A DNA stretch of 25,797 nt, taken from IMG/VR virus record IMGVR_UViG_3300022223_000285. The stretch is one strand, 5' to 3'. A program made the translations under genes and the position numbers. Below, piece after piece: positions 24,877 through 25,797 of the stretch. Each line of letters begins with the position of its first letter. Position 1 is the first letter of the stretch. Below the pieces are notes generated by a model. It did not search any database. It was not told where the DNA came from and saw only the letters and a program-made list of their open reading frames with translations. The DNA comes from a virus (Duplodnaviria; Caudoviricetes).

Positions 24877-25419
24877 CTGCGGACCGCGATGCCATTATTG
24901 ACGCAGGCATAGCCACTCTGGCCTTTTTAATCGTGGTTCTTATTGCGGCTCGCCCGGGGAGCCATTTCACATCGTGCATGACCATTCAGTCGCACCACAA
25001 TTCTTCCCGGGAACACCTGCCCGGTGGCGCCTTGCCCAGTTAACACACTGAAATGACTTTGGCGCGGCAACTTGCCAGGCGGGACGGGTATAGCGAAATC
25101 GCGGCCTTGCTTATGGCCGGCACAGAGAACTTGCCGAATCTGTTCAATCTCCCGATTCCGGACATATTGCCCGCGCGCCTGTAGGCACGCGAGAACGCTG
25201 ATCGCTGGCAAATATTGCTTCCAAAGAAGTCATTGATCTCCAGGAAACCCGGTAGCAGCAGATTCCGGTACAAAACAAACAGACGCCAATATTGGAATTG
25301 TCCATAAACAGGAGTGGATGGCGCCCCTTGCATGCTTCAGTACATGTCGCAACAAGACCGGACTGTATTTTAATCCCGGGAAATCGGCAGTTGACCGGCT
25401 GGACTTTATGAAGAAGAAA

Positions 25420-25797
25420 TCAGCGCTCGAGTATTACAAAGGCGACAGCGTAGTCTTGTTCATCACTCAGACTGATATTCATGGCGACAATATCATGCTC
25501 ACACGCAAACTTGTCAGCATAGCCGCTTAGCTTTAGCAGCGGTTTACCCAGGTTATCGTTGGTAACAGCAATATCCTTGAGGCGGAGACCATTACGGAAT
25601 CCCAGGCCCATTGCCTTCGCCGTTGCCTCCTTTGCCGCGAATCGTTTTGCCAGAAAATTGGCGCGCTTGCTGATCTTCACATACTCATCAAATTCCTGTT
25701 GCGCAAGAATTCTGCGAGCAAATTCATCGCCAAACCGGTCAATACCGTGTTGCATACGGTTAACCCGGACGATGTCGGTGCCAATACCGAATATCAC
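25420..25797 (-). CDS. acpS: Holo-[acyl-carrier-protein] synthase (host gene)
   Basis: GIGTDIV, AKRFAAKEA..KA.G.G, GKP and SLSDE..YAVA motifs; 125 aa. Confidence 0.97.
   Translation of the reverse strand: MIFGIGTDIVRVNRMQHGIDRFGDEFARRILAQQEFDEYVKISKRANFLAKRFAAKEATAKAMGLGFRNGLRLKDIAVTNDNLGKPLLKLSGYADKFACEHDIVAMNISLSDEQDYAVAFVILER

Noticed and set aside
24801-25530. Short ORFs or an RNase P/6S-type RNA between terS and acpS
   Set aside because: The ORFs overlap each other and show no recognisable motifs; no diagnostic conserved RNA motifs were found.

Overview
Positions 1 to about 24,880 are the virion, packaging and lysis module of a Mu-related contractile-tailed prophage, encoded entirely on the minus strand. 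In transcription order it runs: terS, Mom-like/XF1762 GNAT gene, terL, portal, MuF with a C-terminal HExxH peptidase, three small ORFs, a non-coding island, fused protease-scaffold-capsid, lysis cassette, neck genes, sheath/tube/chaperone/tape measure, and Mu gp43-gp48-type baseplate genes. The module lies about 600 bp from the host gene acpS, and no integrase, transposase or early genes are in view. The most unusual feature is in the non-coding island. It is a 129-nt, CCA-ended tRNA-shaped gene (17288-17416, minus strand) with its own TATAAT and terminator. All core tRNA stems and tertiary contacts are intact, but the 7-nt anticodon loop is replaced by a 58-nt structured insert. Twenty nt of this arm are repeated exactly 150 bp away, where a convergent transcript would be its antisense partner. 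Other notable points are a gp46 baseplate protein carrying two inserted LamG-like domains, a MuF toxin/immunity candidate, two matching late promoters, an attenuator-like capsid leader and a -1 frameshift chaperone. All calls come from reading the sequence and recalling motifs; no database searches were run.
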